IMG/VR virus record: IMGVR_UViG_3300031760_000054
Coordinates: 979 to 64,978 of that record
From: a virus
Lineage: Duplodnaviria > Caudoviricetes
Direction: 5' to 3' (one strand)
DNA: 64,000 nt
The translations under genes were made by a program, and so were the position numbers. Shown one piece after another: positions 54,993 through 63,735 of this stretch (position 1 is its first letter; the number at the start of each line of letters is the position of its first letter). The notes beneath the pieces were generated by a model. The model worked only from the letters and a program-made list of their open reading frames with translations, ran no database searches and was not told where the DNA came from.

Positions 54993-56402
54993 TCAGGCAG
55001 CCGTTTCCCCTGAACGCGCCCCCATCCCCGAGAGGATGACGGCAATGAGACCGGATATCAGCACGGTATAAAGGCTCGCCCCTGTCTTCAGGAGCGGCAG
55101 CTCATGTATCGTTGCATACGCAAATACCGGAAGTCCGGTGAGCAGAGCCACGCCCACCCCGGTGATAACGCCTTCCGCCTTCAGCCTCACCCTGCAAAGT
55201 GTCATGACTGTCGGCAGGAGCGTTGTCGCACGCAGCGTCCCGTATACGAGGAACATATGCGTCACTGTCAGGCCTGGGATGTTGGCAATTAAGATGCCGA
55301 TGACCAGCAGGAGGACCATGACGGCCTTCGGAAGCCTCGTCTTTCCGTCATTTTCCAACTTGCCGGCAACTTGCCAGTCCGTCGTCAGCGACGCAGCCGC
55401 GCACAGGTTGCTGTCAACTGTAGACAGGAGACCGCTCATGAGCATGAACAGGAACGGGACGACCACCCATGACGGGAAGAGCGCCCTGATCAGCTCGAAG
55501 TTGACAATGCCCTTGTCCTGTGCCGCGTATCCGGATCCGGCGGCGATGAAGCCTATGATCCCCATGCTGAGAGGCACGAGCCCGAAAAGGACCGCGCCGA
55601 GCAGGAACGCTTTCCCGATCTTCTTCTCGTCGATGGAAAAAGCCCTCTGCCAGAAGCACTGGTCACCGAATGGCCCGGATATGAGCCCGATGGCTGTGGG
55701 CAGCCCGAACGCGAGCAGCACTTCCATGCCCTTCGCGTCGAAAAGTGAATTGTAGTCCCCTGTGAATCCGTGGAAGCCTTTCAGGAGGTTCTCTGCGCCC
55801 CCCGGCATGCTTATGGCCCACGGTACGAATACTGCGCATGCAGCGAGGATAAAGAGCATCTGTACGACGTCCGTCATGACGGATGCCCGTATTCCCGAAA
55901 ACTGTGAATAAGAATACGCTATCACGGCCAGCAGTACCGTCGTCAGCGTGAAGTTTATGCCTGTCGCGTTGCTGAGGATCCGGCCGCCTGCAAGCAGCTG
56001 GACAGCGGTCGACAGGATCGTGAGACCCGCGAGCTGTATCCCGTAGATCTTCTTCACACCGTCGCTCTGGTATTCATGGCCCATGAAGCCGGACAGCGTG
56101 ATCCCTGCCGGCATCCTTCTGCGGATAGCTTTCGCAAAAGGAATGAAGAGCATCAGGCAAAGGACGTTCGGGACCAGGAACCAGAAAAGACCCGGCAATC
56201 CGTTCGAGTACGCCTTCTCCGCCGAGGTGAACAGTGCCGGCGCCCATATCCATGTGGCGGCAATGCTCATGGCGGACACGACCGGGCCCATCTTCCTGTC
56301 CCCTACATAGAAATCGTCGCTCCCTTTGCCCTGCTTTGCAAATAAAAAAGTCGCGGCGAGCATCACTGCTGCGTATACCGCGAGTATGATAAATCCATTC
56401 AT
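54993..56402 (-). CDS. Sodium:solute symporter family transporter
   Basis: DFYVGDR, SIAATWIWA, GIRASVMTDVVQ, DQCFWQRAF, STVDSNL; many TM helices. Confidence 0.9.
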   Translation of the reverse strand: MNGFIILAVYAAVMLAATFLFAKQGKGSDDFYVGDRKMGPVVSAMSIAATWIWAPALFTSAEKAYSNGLPGLFWFLVPNVLCLMLFIPFAKAIRRRMPAGITLSGFMGHEYQSDGVKKIYGIQLAGLTILSTAVQLLAGGRILSNATGINFTLTTVLLAVIAYSYSQFSGIRASVMTDVVQMLFILAACAVFVPWAISMPGGAENLLKGFHGFTGDYNSLFDAKGMEVLLAFGLPTAIGLISGPFGDQCFWQRAFSIDEKKIGKAFLLGAVLFGLVPLSMGIIGFIAAGSGYAAQDKGIVNFELIRALFPSWVVVPFLFMLMSGLLSTVDSNLCAAASLTTDWQVAGKLENDGKTRLPKAVMVLLLVIGILIANIPGLTVTHMFLVYGTLRATTLLPTVMTLCRVRLKAEGVITGVGVALLTGLPVFAYATIHELPLLKTGASLYTVLISGLIAVILSGMGARSGETAA

Positions 56403-56527
56403 CTTCCTTCTCCTTGGGATTTTATTTGAAGGGCATTCCGTTCCGTCAAAACCAACCTCCTCTCCCCGGATGAATGGAAAAGGCCGCTGGTCTTTCCAGC
56501 GGCCCCATGACATGATATTACCCACTT

Positions 56528-56556
56528 ATCATATGAGTTTTTGTGAATTAAGTCAA
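56528..56556 (-). promoter_or_regulatory. Candidate late/middle operon promoter
   Basis: Minus-strand TTGACT-17 bp-TATGAT directly downstream of the activator gene. Confidence 0.6.
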
Positions 56557-56615
56557 GATAAAATTAACGGCTTCCGTTTTTTGTGTCCACATTGTCCACA
56601 TATACCTGTGAATAA

Positions 56616-57218
56616 CTAACGCTTACCGTTATTTTGATGATAATTTTTTACTGCCGCCATCCCGAACGTATTCGTGGAAAGGATCTCGATCGCGCGGTTC
56701 TTGTCGTTGTTGATCGTGACCTTGGACACGTCCCATTTCTCGGCCAGCTCCTTGACGGACTTCGGCTTTTTCAGGAAATACATGGAGCGGATGACGTCGT
56801 ACATGCGCTTCCCCATCTCGCCCTTCAGGTCGCACTCTTTCCGGAAGACCTTCATCATCTTGTCGACGTCGGCAATGATGATGCCGCTCCTGGTCTTCGT
56901 GGTCTCAAGGGCGGCGACGTCAACATCGTCCTTCCCTTCCATGAGCCTGCGGATCGCCTCTTCCTGTGTCTGCTCCCTTGCCTGCGCGCCGTTGCTTATC
57001 GTCTCGAGGAAGTTCGCCCGGATGTGCCGGTAGTTCTGCAGAAGCTTCTGCATGTTGTAGAGGCGCTGGTCGTTCTGCCTCTTCACTTCCGCCTCGTTCT
57101 TCCGGTCACGGTCCGCGATGGCAATCCTCGCCCCTTCCGCAGCCGCTTCCGTGATGATGTCCTTAAGTTCCTGTTCCGTCATGTAGACGAACTTACTGTT
57201 CTCTCCCAGTTCCGCCAC
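56616..57218 (-). CDS. ArpU / sigma-region-4-like transcriptional activator
   Basis: C-terminal KSVKELAEKWDVSKVTINND HTH; precedes the late genes. Confidence 0.75.
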   Translation of the reverse strand: MAELGENSKFVYMTEQELKDIITEAAAEGARIAIADRDRKNEAEVKRQNDQRLYNMQKLLQNYRHIRANFLETISNGAQAREQTQEEAIRRLMEGKDDVDVAALETTKTRSGIIIADVDKMMKVFRKECDLKGEMGKRMYDVIRSMYFLKKPKSVKELAEKWDVSKVTINNDKNRAIEILSTNTFGMAAVKNYHQNNGKR

Positions 57219-57408
57219 TTTCCGCCTCCTTGATCGCGCCGAGAATCTCTTCCATCTGTGCCTCGTCCATTATACCATGTTCCACAGCTGTCTGCAGGGC
57301 TTCCTTGTACCCGCACATCGGGCAGATCAGGCTGCTGTCCACCCTCGACATGGCGGGAGGCCTGTCATATTCGCTCCCGCACCTGGGGCATATCCTTTTC
57401 ACCGCCAT
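57193..57408 (-). CDS. Zinc-finger protein
   Basis: CPRCG...CPMCG; resembles 6247..6606. Confidence 0.7.
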   Translation of the reverse strand: MAVKRICPRCGSEYDRPPAMSRVDSSLICPMCGYKEALQTAVEHGIMDEAQMEEILGAIKEAESGGTGREQ

Positions 57409-57637
57409 CCTTTTTCCCCTCCGGCCTGAATCCTATGATCTCTCCGATCCCGAACGCCCCGTCCGGGCATCTGTGCACCGTCTTCCTGTATACCCTGCCA
57501 GTATACCCGATGAGCGAGGCGCTTTCCTCACCGCTGGCAAGGAGCGTCTTCAGGTATGCCTCGGCGAGGACGGATGACGTCTTTCCTTCCGCGTACCTCG
57601 TTCCGCAGAGCGAGCAGCGATAGACCGCTTCCATCAT
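57365..57637 (-). CDS. Hypothetical Cys-containing protein
   Basis: CSLCG; operon tiling. Confidence 0.55.
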   Translation of the reverse strand: MMEAVYRCSLCGTRYAEGKTSSVLAEAYLKTLLASGEESASLIGYTGRVYRKTVHRCPDGAFGIGEIIGFRPEGKKDGGEKDMPQVRERI

Positions 57638-58428
57638 GCCTCACCTGCCTTTCTCCGCTCAAATCCGAGGTTTTTAATGGCTGTGTAGTACTCGGTCAGT
57701 CGGTTCTCCATGTTCTGCCCGTCTTCCAATGCCTTTCCCGCCTCGCTGAGTATCTTCCTGAAAGCTTCATAGACCCCGCTGTACTCCTGGGGCGCTTCTG
57801 CTTCCGGCGGGAGGTCTTCGAACTGTTCCCTGCAGATGTTCATTATCTCCTCGTGCCTCGTGCAGATCAGTTCATCTGATTTCATTGCGCCCTCACCTGC
57901 CCCTACCGGGGCAAGACCGCTGTCGATGGCTTTCTGCACCGCTTCCGCCTTTCTCCTGTCCTTCAGCTCCTCAAGCCATCTGGCGAGCATCAGGTGCATC
58001 ATGCAGCACTCTTCGCAGTCCTTCTTCTTCTCCGCGACATCGTAGCAGTGGGCGATCGCCTCGTCCATGGTGAGCGGTCCTTCCCCGCTGTCCACGTCGA
58101 TCCACCAGCTGTTCCTGTCGTCGAAATACTTCGACGCGAAGACCTTGCGACAGTCGACCCCGAACGTTTCCTTCATTTCCGGGATATTCTCGTTCACGGC
58201 ATCGAACTCTAGTCCCTGTGCCCGGCACCACTCGACGGCTTCGTCGAGCAGGTCTCCAACACGGTTCGTCCACAGGATCAGCTTGACGCCTCTCCCCCTC
58301 TCCCTGATCAGCCATTCGATGAACGGCCTGTTCGGCTCGCCTATCCATGGCCAGCATGATTTCTCGGTAAGCGTGCCGTCGAAATCAACGGCGTAGATCT
58401 CATAATATTTCTTCGGTTCCTGCATCAT
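57634..58428 (-). CDS. HAD-fold phosphatase-like domain fused to extra modules
   Basis: YAVDFDGTL, ILWTNR, KYFDDR. Confidence 0.75.
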   Translation of the reverse strand: MMQEPKKYYEIYAVDFDGTLTEKSCWPWIGEPNRPFIEWLIRERGRGVKLILWTNRVGDLLDEAVEWCRAQGLEFDAVNENIPEMKETFGVDCRKVFASKYFDDRNSWWIDVDSGEGPLTMDEAIAHCYDVAEKKKDCEECCMMHLMLARWLEELKDRRKAEAVQKAIDSGLAPVGAGEGAMKSDELICTRHEEIMNICREQFEDLPPEAEAPQEYSGVYEAFRKILSEAGKALEDGQNMENRLTEYYTAIKNLGFERRKAGEA

Positions 58429-58612
58429 CTATCTCCTTATCATTTCCCATAAGGTCCCAAATGCTCATCTGACCCGGAATCTGTCCAGCGTCACTGTCCA
58501 TGGCGCTTGCGACAGCCCTCACGATCTCGCACCAGCACTCCGGTCCGTACCCACGTATCATGCTTTCCGGATCCGTGAGCTGCTTGCCGCATTTCTGGCA
58601 TCTGTGGTACAT
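58400..58612 (-). CDS. DUF6011-like zinc finger
   Basis: CQKCGKQLTDPESMIRGYGPEC. Confidence 0.8.
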   Translation of the reverse strand: MYHRCQKCGKQLTDPESMIRGYGPECWCEIVRAVASAMDSDAGQIPGQMSIWDLMGNDKEIDDAGTEEIL

Positions 58613-58818
58613 CAGCGGTACTCCTCTCCGGTCCTCTTGTCCCTGAACTCGATGCGGTTGATGATATCGAAGCCCATCGCGTTCGCCTCGTTCTTCAGCA
58701 TCCGCACGAGATAGGCGATGGCAGCGCTCTTGTCCTGCACGTTCGTGTGCCTGCCGTCCCTCATGACGTTGGACACCGCCTTTTCAGCCGTCGGGTCCGC
58801 ATATCCTTCTTGGTTCAT
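58612..58818 (-). CDS. Hypothetical phage protein
   Basis: MNQEGYADPTAEKA...GFDIINRIEFRDKRTG. Confidence 0.7.
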   Translation of the reverse strand: MNQEGYADPTAEKAVSNVMRDGRHTNVQDKSAAIAYLVRMLKNEANAMGFDIINRIEFRDKRTGEEYR

Positions 58819-59192
58819 CCAGTCTTCCTCTTCCTGCGTTTGTACGCCGTGTTCAGTTCTGTTTCGAGCCTCTTGCGTTCCATTGGGTTCCTGCTGTGCT
58901 TGATCGCCTTTTTCAGCCATGCGATGTCCCTCACGGGGTCGCTGTCCAGCGCGTCGGACGGCTCCACGGCTTCCACTGCCTTCGCGAATTCGGCAGACAG
59001 ACTGGTCGTATTCTGCGCTGCTTCCGCCACCTTCGCGAACGCCTCCTGCAGTTTTTCAGCCTCCTGCGATATCAGGAATGCAACGGCTTCGAACTCCTTC
59101 ATCCCGAATTCCTGCATGATCGGCTGAACACTTCCCCTGAGTTTCTCCATCAGGCGTTCAATTTCGCCCGCATCATTTTCGGTCATTCCCAT
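58815..59192 (-). CDS. Hypothetical phage protein
   Basis: IKHSRNPMERKRLETELN. Confidence 0.7.
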   Translation of the reverse strand: MGMTENDAGEIERLMEKLRGSVQPIMQEFGMKEFEAVAFLISQEAEKLQEAFAKVAEAAQNTTSLSAEFAKAVEAVEPSDALDSDPVRDIAWLKKAIKHSRNPMERKRLETELNTAYKRRKRKTG

Positions 59193-59201
59193 AGCCCCTC
59201 C

Positions 59202-59600
59202 TTACTGCCATCTTTCCGGCGTGTTGAGGATCGAGAAGTCTCCGTCCATCGGACGCCACAGGTGAAGCACGTTCTCGAGCGTCTTGAATCCCGGACGGCT
59301 CACTCCGTGCAGGTAGTTCTCCTCGGACGGATGGATCTGCACGACCATCTCGTCATCGTTGAAGAACATCTTTTTCAGCTTGCACATATCGTCCCATGTG
59401 GGAAGCTTTTTCCTGTTGTAGCAGCTGACGCTGACATGCTCCATCAGGTGTGCTTCGTCATACCCGAAGATCACGCTCCCCTTGAAGCCCTGCCAGTCTA
59501 CGAAACCCTCATACACATGGAACCTGTCCAGCCCGTAGCCGGTCTTCCTTCCGGTGACGCACAGGTTCGGCGTCTGTTTCAGTTGGTCTATGCTTTTCAC
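59202..59600 (-). CDS. Conserved phage protein (WDDMC..K..FF...E...H family)
   Basis: EHVSVS...PTWDDMCKLKKMFF...HP...Y...VLHLW; GTG start. Confidence 0.75.
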   Translation of the reverse strand: MKSIDQLKQTPNLCVTGRKTGYGLDRFHVYEGFVDWQGFKGSVIFGYDEAHLMEHVSVSCYNRKKLPTWDDMCKLKKMFFNDDEMVVQIHPSEENYLHGVSRPGFKTLENVLHLWRPMDGDFSILNTPERWQ

Positions 59601-59613
59601 TATTTCTCCTTCC

Positions 59614-59826
59614 TCACTCCCAGATGGCGTGCAGTATCGTGTCCAGATCTGCCTCACGGCCTGTCGCGTGGTGCGTGTCGATGAACTCGACCTCGTCCAT
59701 GGTCCCACTCGTCAGGTCTCCATTGATGAAATGCGCCTCGTTCCCGTGTATGCAGAGGAAGACCACCTTCTTCCCCGTCGTGTTGTTCTGGTAGACCGCG
59801 CCCGGGATGGGCAATGTATATTCCAT
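59614..59826 (-). CDS. Hypothetical protein
   Basis: MEYTLPIPGAVYQN after GGAG. Confidence 0.55.
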   Translation of the reverse strand: MEYTLPIPGAVYQNNTTGKKVVFLCIHGNEAHFINGDLTSGTMDEVEFIDTHHATGREADLDTILHAIWE

Positions 59827-59845
59827 GCTATCCGCTCCTTTCACA

Positions 59846-60355
59846 TCATTCATTGGCTGCAACGTACCCTTCCGGGAGCTCCGCGATCGATACCGCACCG
59901 ATCGGCATCCACGCCCAGACCTTCTCACCGAAATGGCTTCCTGTCTCCTCCGTCCAGACAAGCCCGGTATTTGGCTCTCCCGCCATCGCCCATCCGGCGA
60001 GCTCGGGGTCATTGGTGATGTCCCCGAAATACCTTGTCTCAACAGCGGCATACTTCTTTCCGGTGAATTTGATCTCCTGGGAATCGCCCTCGGTGTAGCA
60101 CTCATCATACAGGAGCGTTACCCAGTACATGCCTTCTTCCGCAGGATTCCCGTCCTTCTCGACGTATTTCCAGTTCTTCCCGGATTCCTGGCAGGCAGCA
60201 AGCCCGGCAAGCGCCAGATTGAGGAGCTCGTCAAAATCCTTCTCGAACTCTTCCTGATCCAACTGTCCCTTGCCCTCATAGTTCGTTCTTCCGAGCAAAC
60301 TGCTTATGGCCGGCTTCACGATTTTCCTATAATTCTCGATAAGTTCAAATGTCAT
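59846..60355 (-). CDS. Hypothetical protein with DUF551-like C-terminus
   Basis: W..VE....P.EEG.YWV...V.AWMPI. Confidence 0.7.
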   Translation of the reverse strand: MTFELIENYRKIVKPAISSLLGRTNYEGKGQLDQEEFEKDFDELLNLALAGLAACQESGKNWKYVEKDGNPAEEGMYWVTLLYDECYTEGDSQEIKFTGKKYAAVETRYFGDITNDPELAGWAMAGEPNTGLVWTEETGSHFGEKVWAWMPIGAVSIAELPEGYVAANE

Positions 60356-60385
60356 ATTCTTTTCCTCCTTTATGCATTTTATGCT

Positions 60386-60805
60386 TTATGTTGCGCTTTC
60401 AAGACAGCCCTGTGCCGTTTCCGCATCGGCTGGCCTTACATATCTTTCCGGGAGCGGCATCCACGCGACAGCGTGCAGACCGATGTCTTCCGGACAGTCC
60501 TCGGAATCCCCGATATACCACTTGCCGACACCGTCCGTTACCCGGTACTCCATGATCTCGATGACCGTGCTCAGGTCGAAGCTAACGAGCACCTTCTGGC
60601 TGTATCCGTCCTCGTCGAGCTCAGGGAGCTTCTCGCTCACCGGTATCCATTTCGGAACGTCATTCTCATACCGGTTCTTCATCGCACAGGCCACAGCATA
60701 GAGAACCCGTTTATCGTTGGTATCTATCTTCTTCTTGCTGGTAATTGCGAAGATCTCTTCCAGAAGTTCGTCTACCGTTCTGTGCGCCAGATGAATGATT
60801 TTCAT
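60386..60805 (-). CDS. DUF551-like protein
   Basis: WIPVSEKLPE...VAWMPLPE. Confidence 0.75.
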   Translation of the reverse strand: MKIIHLAHRTVDELLEEIFAITSKKKIDTNDKRVLYAVACAMKNRYENDVPKWIPVSEKLPELDEDGYSQKVLVSFDLSTVIEIMEYRVTDGVGKWYIGDSEDCPEDIGLHAVAWMPLPERYVRPADAETAQGCLESAT

Positions 60806-61140
60806 ATCTTTTCGCCTCCTTCCTTGTATTCCTCGGGCAATGGTCTCCATGCGTCTACCACCCCTTTAGCATATTCATACTGTACTATGGATCCGGGAAT
60901 CAGAAGGGCGCGTGTCCACGTCACATACTCTTTAGTCAAATTGGCAAGCACCGCCTCATCTCCTTCCGGAAGTCTCACGGAACAGGGAATCCAGTCCGCT
61001 TCCTTCACTTTCGGCTTTGAGGGCGTCAGGGCATCAAGCCTTTCGCCGACCATCTTTATGTATTGCTCGATGGTCATATTTGTAATATCGCCAGTGAGGC
61101 ATAATCTTGCCTCCTGTCTGCTGATTAAATCATCCATCAA
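60802..61140 (-). CDS. DUF551-like protein
   Basis: DDLISRQ; WIPCSVRLPE...AWRPLPE. Confidence 0.75.
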   Translation of the reverse strand: MMDDLISRQEARLCLTGDITNMTIEQYIKMVGERLDALTPSKPKVKEADWIPCSVRLPEGDEAVLANLTKEYVTWTRALLIPGSIVQYEYAKGVVDAWRPLPEEYKEGGEKI

Positions 61141-61555
61141 TCAATCTCCTTCCGCATCCACGACAATAGTTATCCTGCTCATCCACAGGCTCATCGCACA
61201 TATCGCACTGATACCAGAGCGTCATACCGTCTCTCGACTTACCTACAATGCGTTTAGCTGTTTCCGGCTGTGCGGGTGGCAAGGATCTCAATACTTCCTC
61301 GACACCGTTAATACAGTCAAGCGCATCAATCGCCGCCTGTCGGCTGACGGCGTCTGAACTGTTCGGAATTACCGAATTGTTCCCGACATTTGTGTCGGTC
61401 GCAACGGGCTGAATGGTCGGCAGATTGTTGATAGCCGCCTCCGCACTGCTTAACTCAATCTTTAGCTCTGGGTCTCTTGCGTCATAAAGATATGTCTGGC
61501 ATTTGCGGAGTGCTTTGAGTGCCGCATCTGCATCAATCGGTCTCATCCTGCTCAT
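61130..61555 (-). CDS. Modular phage protein with zinc ribbon
   Basis: RPIDADA; SRQAAIDAL; CDMC...NYCRGCG. Confidence 0.7.
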   Translation of the reverse strand: MSRMRPIDADAALKALRKCQTYLYDARDPELKIELSSAEAAINNLPTIQPVATDTNVGNNSVIPNSSDAVSRQAAIDALDCINGVEEVLRSLPPAQPETAKRIVGKSRDGMTLWYQCDMCDEPVDEQDNYCRGCGRRLIDG

Positions 61556-61982
61556 CCCTCCATTTCTTCACCATTGCGGAAATCTGTATTGCGGTTATCT
61601 CAGAAAATGTACTGTCAAGGCTTTTTAGCCATTCAATCTCATTCTCAATCCATGACAGCGGAATTGCCGGTTCGGGCTGTCTGCTCGGCAGATTTTTTAA
61701 ATACTCAACAGGCACAGCTTCATCTAAATAAATCTCAACTCCATTTGTTCGCTGGATTAGTATTTTTCCATCAATCGCCTGCTGTCTGTCAATCAAGTTA
61801 GTTGACTGAGCACTGTCATTTAGTTGACCCGCAGTTGACTGAGACTGAACTGTCGGCAAGGCTTCAATGTCTTTCACATTGATGTATTCTGCCAGAATTT
61901 TCCCGTCAAGACTTTTTTCCACGTCTCTCGGAAGGCTCAATATCGCCTGTTTACTCAATAAGTCCTTCTCACCAGATTCCAT
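61533..61982 (-). CDS. Modular hypothetical phage protein
   Basis: DLLSKQAI, LIDRQQAID, LPSRQPE modules. Confidence 0.65.
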   Translation of the reverse strand: MESGEKDLLSKQAILSLPRDVEKSLDGKILAEYINVKDIEALPTVQSQSTAGQLNDSAQSTNLIDRQQAIDGKILIQRTNGVEIYLDEAVPVEYLKNLPSRQPEPAIPLSWIENEIEWLKSLDSTFSEITAIQISAMVKKWRDEQDETD

Positions 61983-62775
61983 TTTCTTTCCTCCAATCGC
62001 TTACTACCCATCCAAGGACCTCATATGGCGTGTATCTGCCGTCCAGCTCAGAAAGCTTGACCTGGTAATTGACCAGCCAGCTTCTTACTGCTTTCGCGTA
62101 CGCTTCCGAAATAGGCGGTGACTGTGCTGACGGGAGCTCTGCCAATGCTTGCGGAATGTCTGGCTTGTACCAGTGTGCCTTTGCCACTTCAATTGCATCT
62201 TTCCTGTAGATGGTGTCAGTTGTGTCTTTTCCGGAAAGTTGCGTCTTCCCAACACTAATGTCGGGAACATTTGAACTGCTTGACTGTTCATTTCCTAATA
62301 GTTCATCTGTCGACACGTTGAGCGCCCTTGCGATCTGCAGAAGAATGTTCGCATTCGGGATCCGCGTATTTGATATATACCGTGATACCGTTACTTCTCT
62401 TAGGTGGGCTGCTTTGGCCAGATCCTTCTGCGACATCCCTCTTTCTTCAAGGCACATGGATATCCTTTCGCCCAAACTAAGCTCTCGCGCTTCATCTGCT
62501 TCCCACTCATCAAACTCCCGCATGATCAGCTGCTCCTCTCCTGGTTTCCATGGCCCAGTGTGCGACATTACTACAACCGAATTGATTGCATTGATGATGG
62601 AATCAATTACTGCCGTTTTATAGTTGTCGATGCTCTCGCTTACAAGCTGTTCGGCATACTGGTCGGCAGCTTCCAAGATTCGGTTCAATCGGTTATTATC
62701 CGGGTCTGCGGATAATTCCTGTGTGAGCAGATCTATTAACTCATCTCTTTCCATCAGTCTCCTTTCCGCCATCAT
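61969..62775 (-). CDS. Mosaic protein with internal XRE-HTH
   Basis: MSQKDLAKAAHLREVTVSRY...VSTDELLG. Confidence 0.75.
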   Translation of the reverse strand: MMAERRLMERDELIDLLTQELSADPDNNRLNRILEAADQYAEQLVSESIDNYKTAVIDSIINAINSVVVMSHTGPWKPGEEQLIMREFDEWEADEARELSLGERISMCLEERGMSQKDLAKAAHLREVTVSRYISNTRIPNANILLQIARALNVSTDELLGNEQSSSSNVPDISVGKTQLSGKDTTDTIYRKDAIEVAKAHWYKPDIPQALAELPSAQSPPISEAYAKAVRSWLVNYQVKLSELDGRYTPYEVLGWVVSDWRKENGIW

Positions 62776-62860
62776 CGGCTAAAGAAATAATTGAATATGC
62801 AGAAGATAATAAGCACGATGATATAGAATGTATTATCATCCATCTGTTTTCCTTTCCGGA

Positions 62861-63082
62861 TCAGAACCAATTCCCCTGCGAATCCCGCATGATTTCCTTG
62901 CCGCAATACTTGCATTTGGAATGAACTGTGCATCCGTCCCACCAGCACTCATCCGTCGGCTCGTGCCATTTCAGAATGTCGTGGTAGAATCTCTTGAAAT
63001 ATCCGAACTTCGAGTAAAGCGTCGCTGTAACCGGCATGGCGAGAAAAATCACGCTCAGGATTATAAGCAAAATGCCTATCAT
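62861..63082 (-). CDS. Small membrane-anchored Cys/His protein
   Basis: N-terminal TM; WH...CKYCGK...DSQGNWF. Confidence 0.7.
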   Translation of the reverse strand: MIGILLIILSVIFLAMPVTATLYSKFGYFKRFYHDILKWHEPTDECWWDGCTVHSKCKYCGKEIMRDSQGNWF

Positions 63083-63360
63083 TCGTTTTTATCCTCCTTT
63101 CGTTTCCCATCAGAGCAGAACTCATAATCCGTTTTTATCGAACCTGATAATCCACAATGAAATTTGCAGGTATCTGGGTTCCATACTCTATTTGCACAAA
63201 ACTTGCAGTAGATAATCTCTGGGAGTTTACGACGCCAGACAAGCTCACGGAGCCATTCGGCTGTTTGCTTTGGATACTCGCTTGCGGGCTTCATGCAAAT
63301 ATCGTCTAATCTGGAAGCGAGGACCTCGTAATGCTTAATCGCCTGTTCAATCGTCCACAT
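63079..63360 (-). CDS. Hypothetical Cys-rich protein
   Basis: CKFC...C...FCSDG. Confidence 0.65.
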   Translation of the reverse strand: MWTIEQAIKHYEVLASRLDDICMKPASEYPKQTAEWLRELVWRRKLPEIIYCKFCANRVWNPDTCKFHCGLSGSIKTDYEFCSDGKRKEDKNE

Positions 63361-63365
63361 TCTTC

Positions 63366-63536
63366 TCACCGTCCATTCCACAATGCATTATCAACATACT
63401 CGAAGAATTCAGCCAACTCATACAGTGAGATAGGTTTATCCATGGCTTCTGAGAGATTCTTCTCCTTTAGCCATTCTTCAAAATATTCTTTGAGCATCCC
63501 AATGCTGTTTCTGTTGATCGCTTCATTAACCGTCAT
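63366..63536 (-). CDS. Hypothetical protein
   Basis: ATG 63536 inside the repeated RBS element. Confidence 0.55.
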   Translation of the reverse strand: MTVNEAINRNSIGMLKEYFEEWLKEKNLSEAMDKPISLYELAEFFEYVDNALWNGR

Positions 63537-63735
63537 TCTGCTCACCGTCCTTTCTGCGATTCCATGCATTTACTGCTTTTTCTTCTGAGGGATACAGCCC
63601 CGTCCTGCAGAAGCAGTATGCGCACTCAACCTCGTACGAGAACAATGTTCCAAATGACGCCATAGCCTTTTTGTGTTTGAACACTTTTGCCTCGCCGCCA
63701 CAGAATGGACAGGTTTTAAGTTTAATCTCCGCCAT
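63526..63735 (-). CDS. Lar-family restriction alleviation-like protein
   Basis: LKTCPFCGGEA...C..C...AVNAWNRR. Confidence 0.75.
   Translation of the reverse strand: MAEIKLKTCPFCGGEAKVFKHKKAMASFGTLFSYEVECAYCFCRTGLYPSEEKAVNAWNRRKDGEQNDG

Noticed and set aside
59807-61357. 516-aa plus-strand ORF
   Set aside because: Antisense shadow of several well-supported minus-strand genes; no recognisable motifs or RBS
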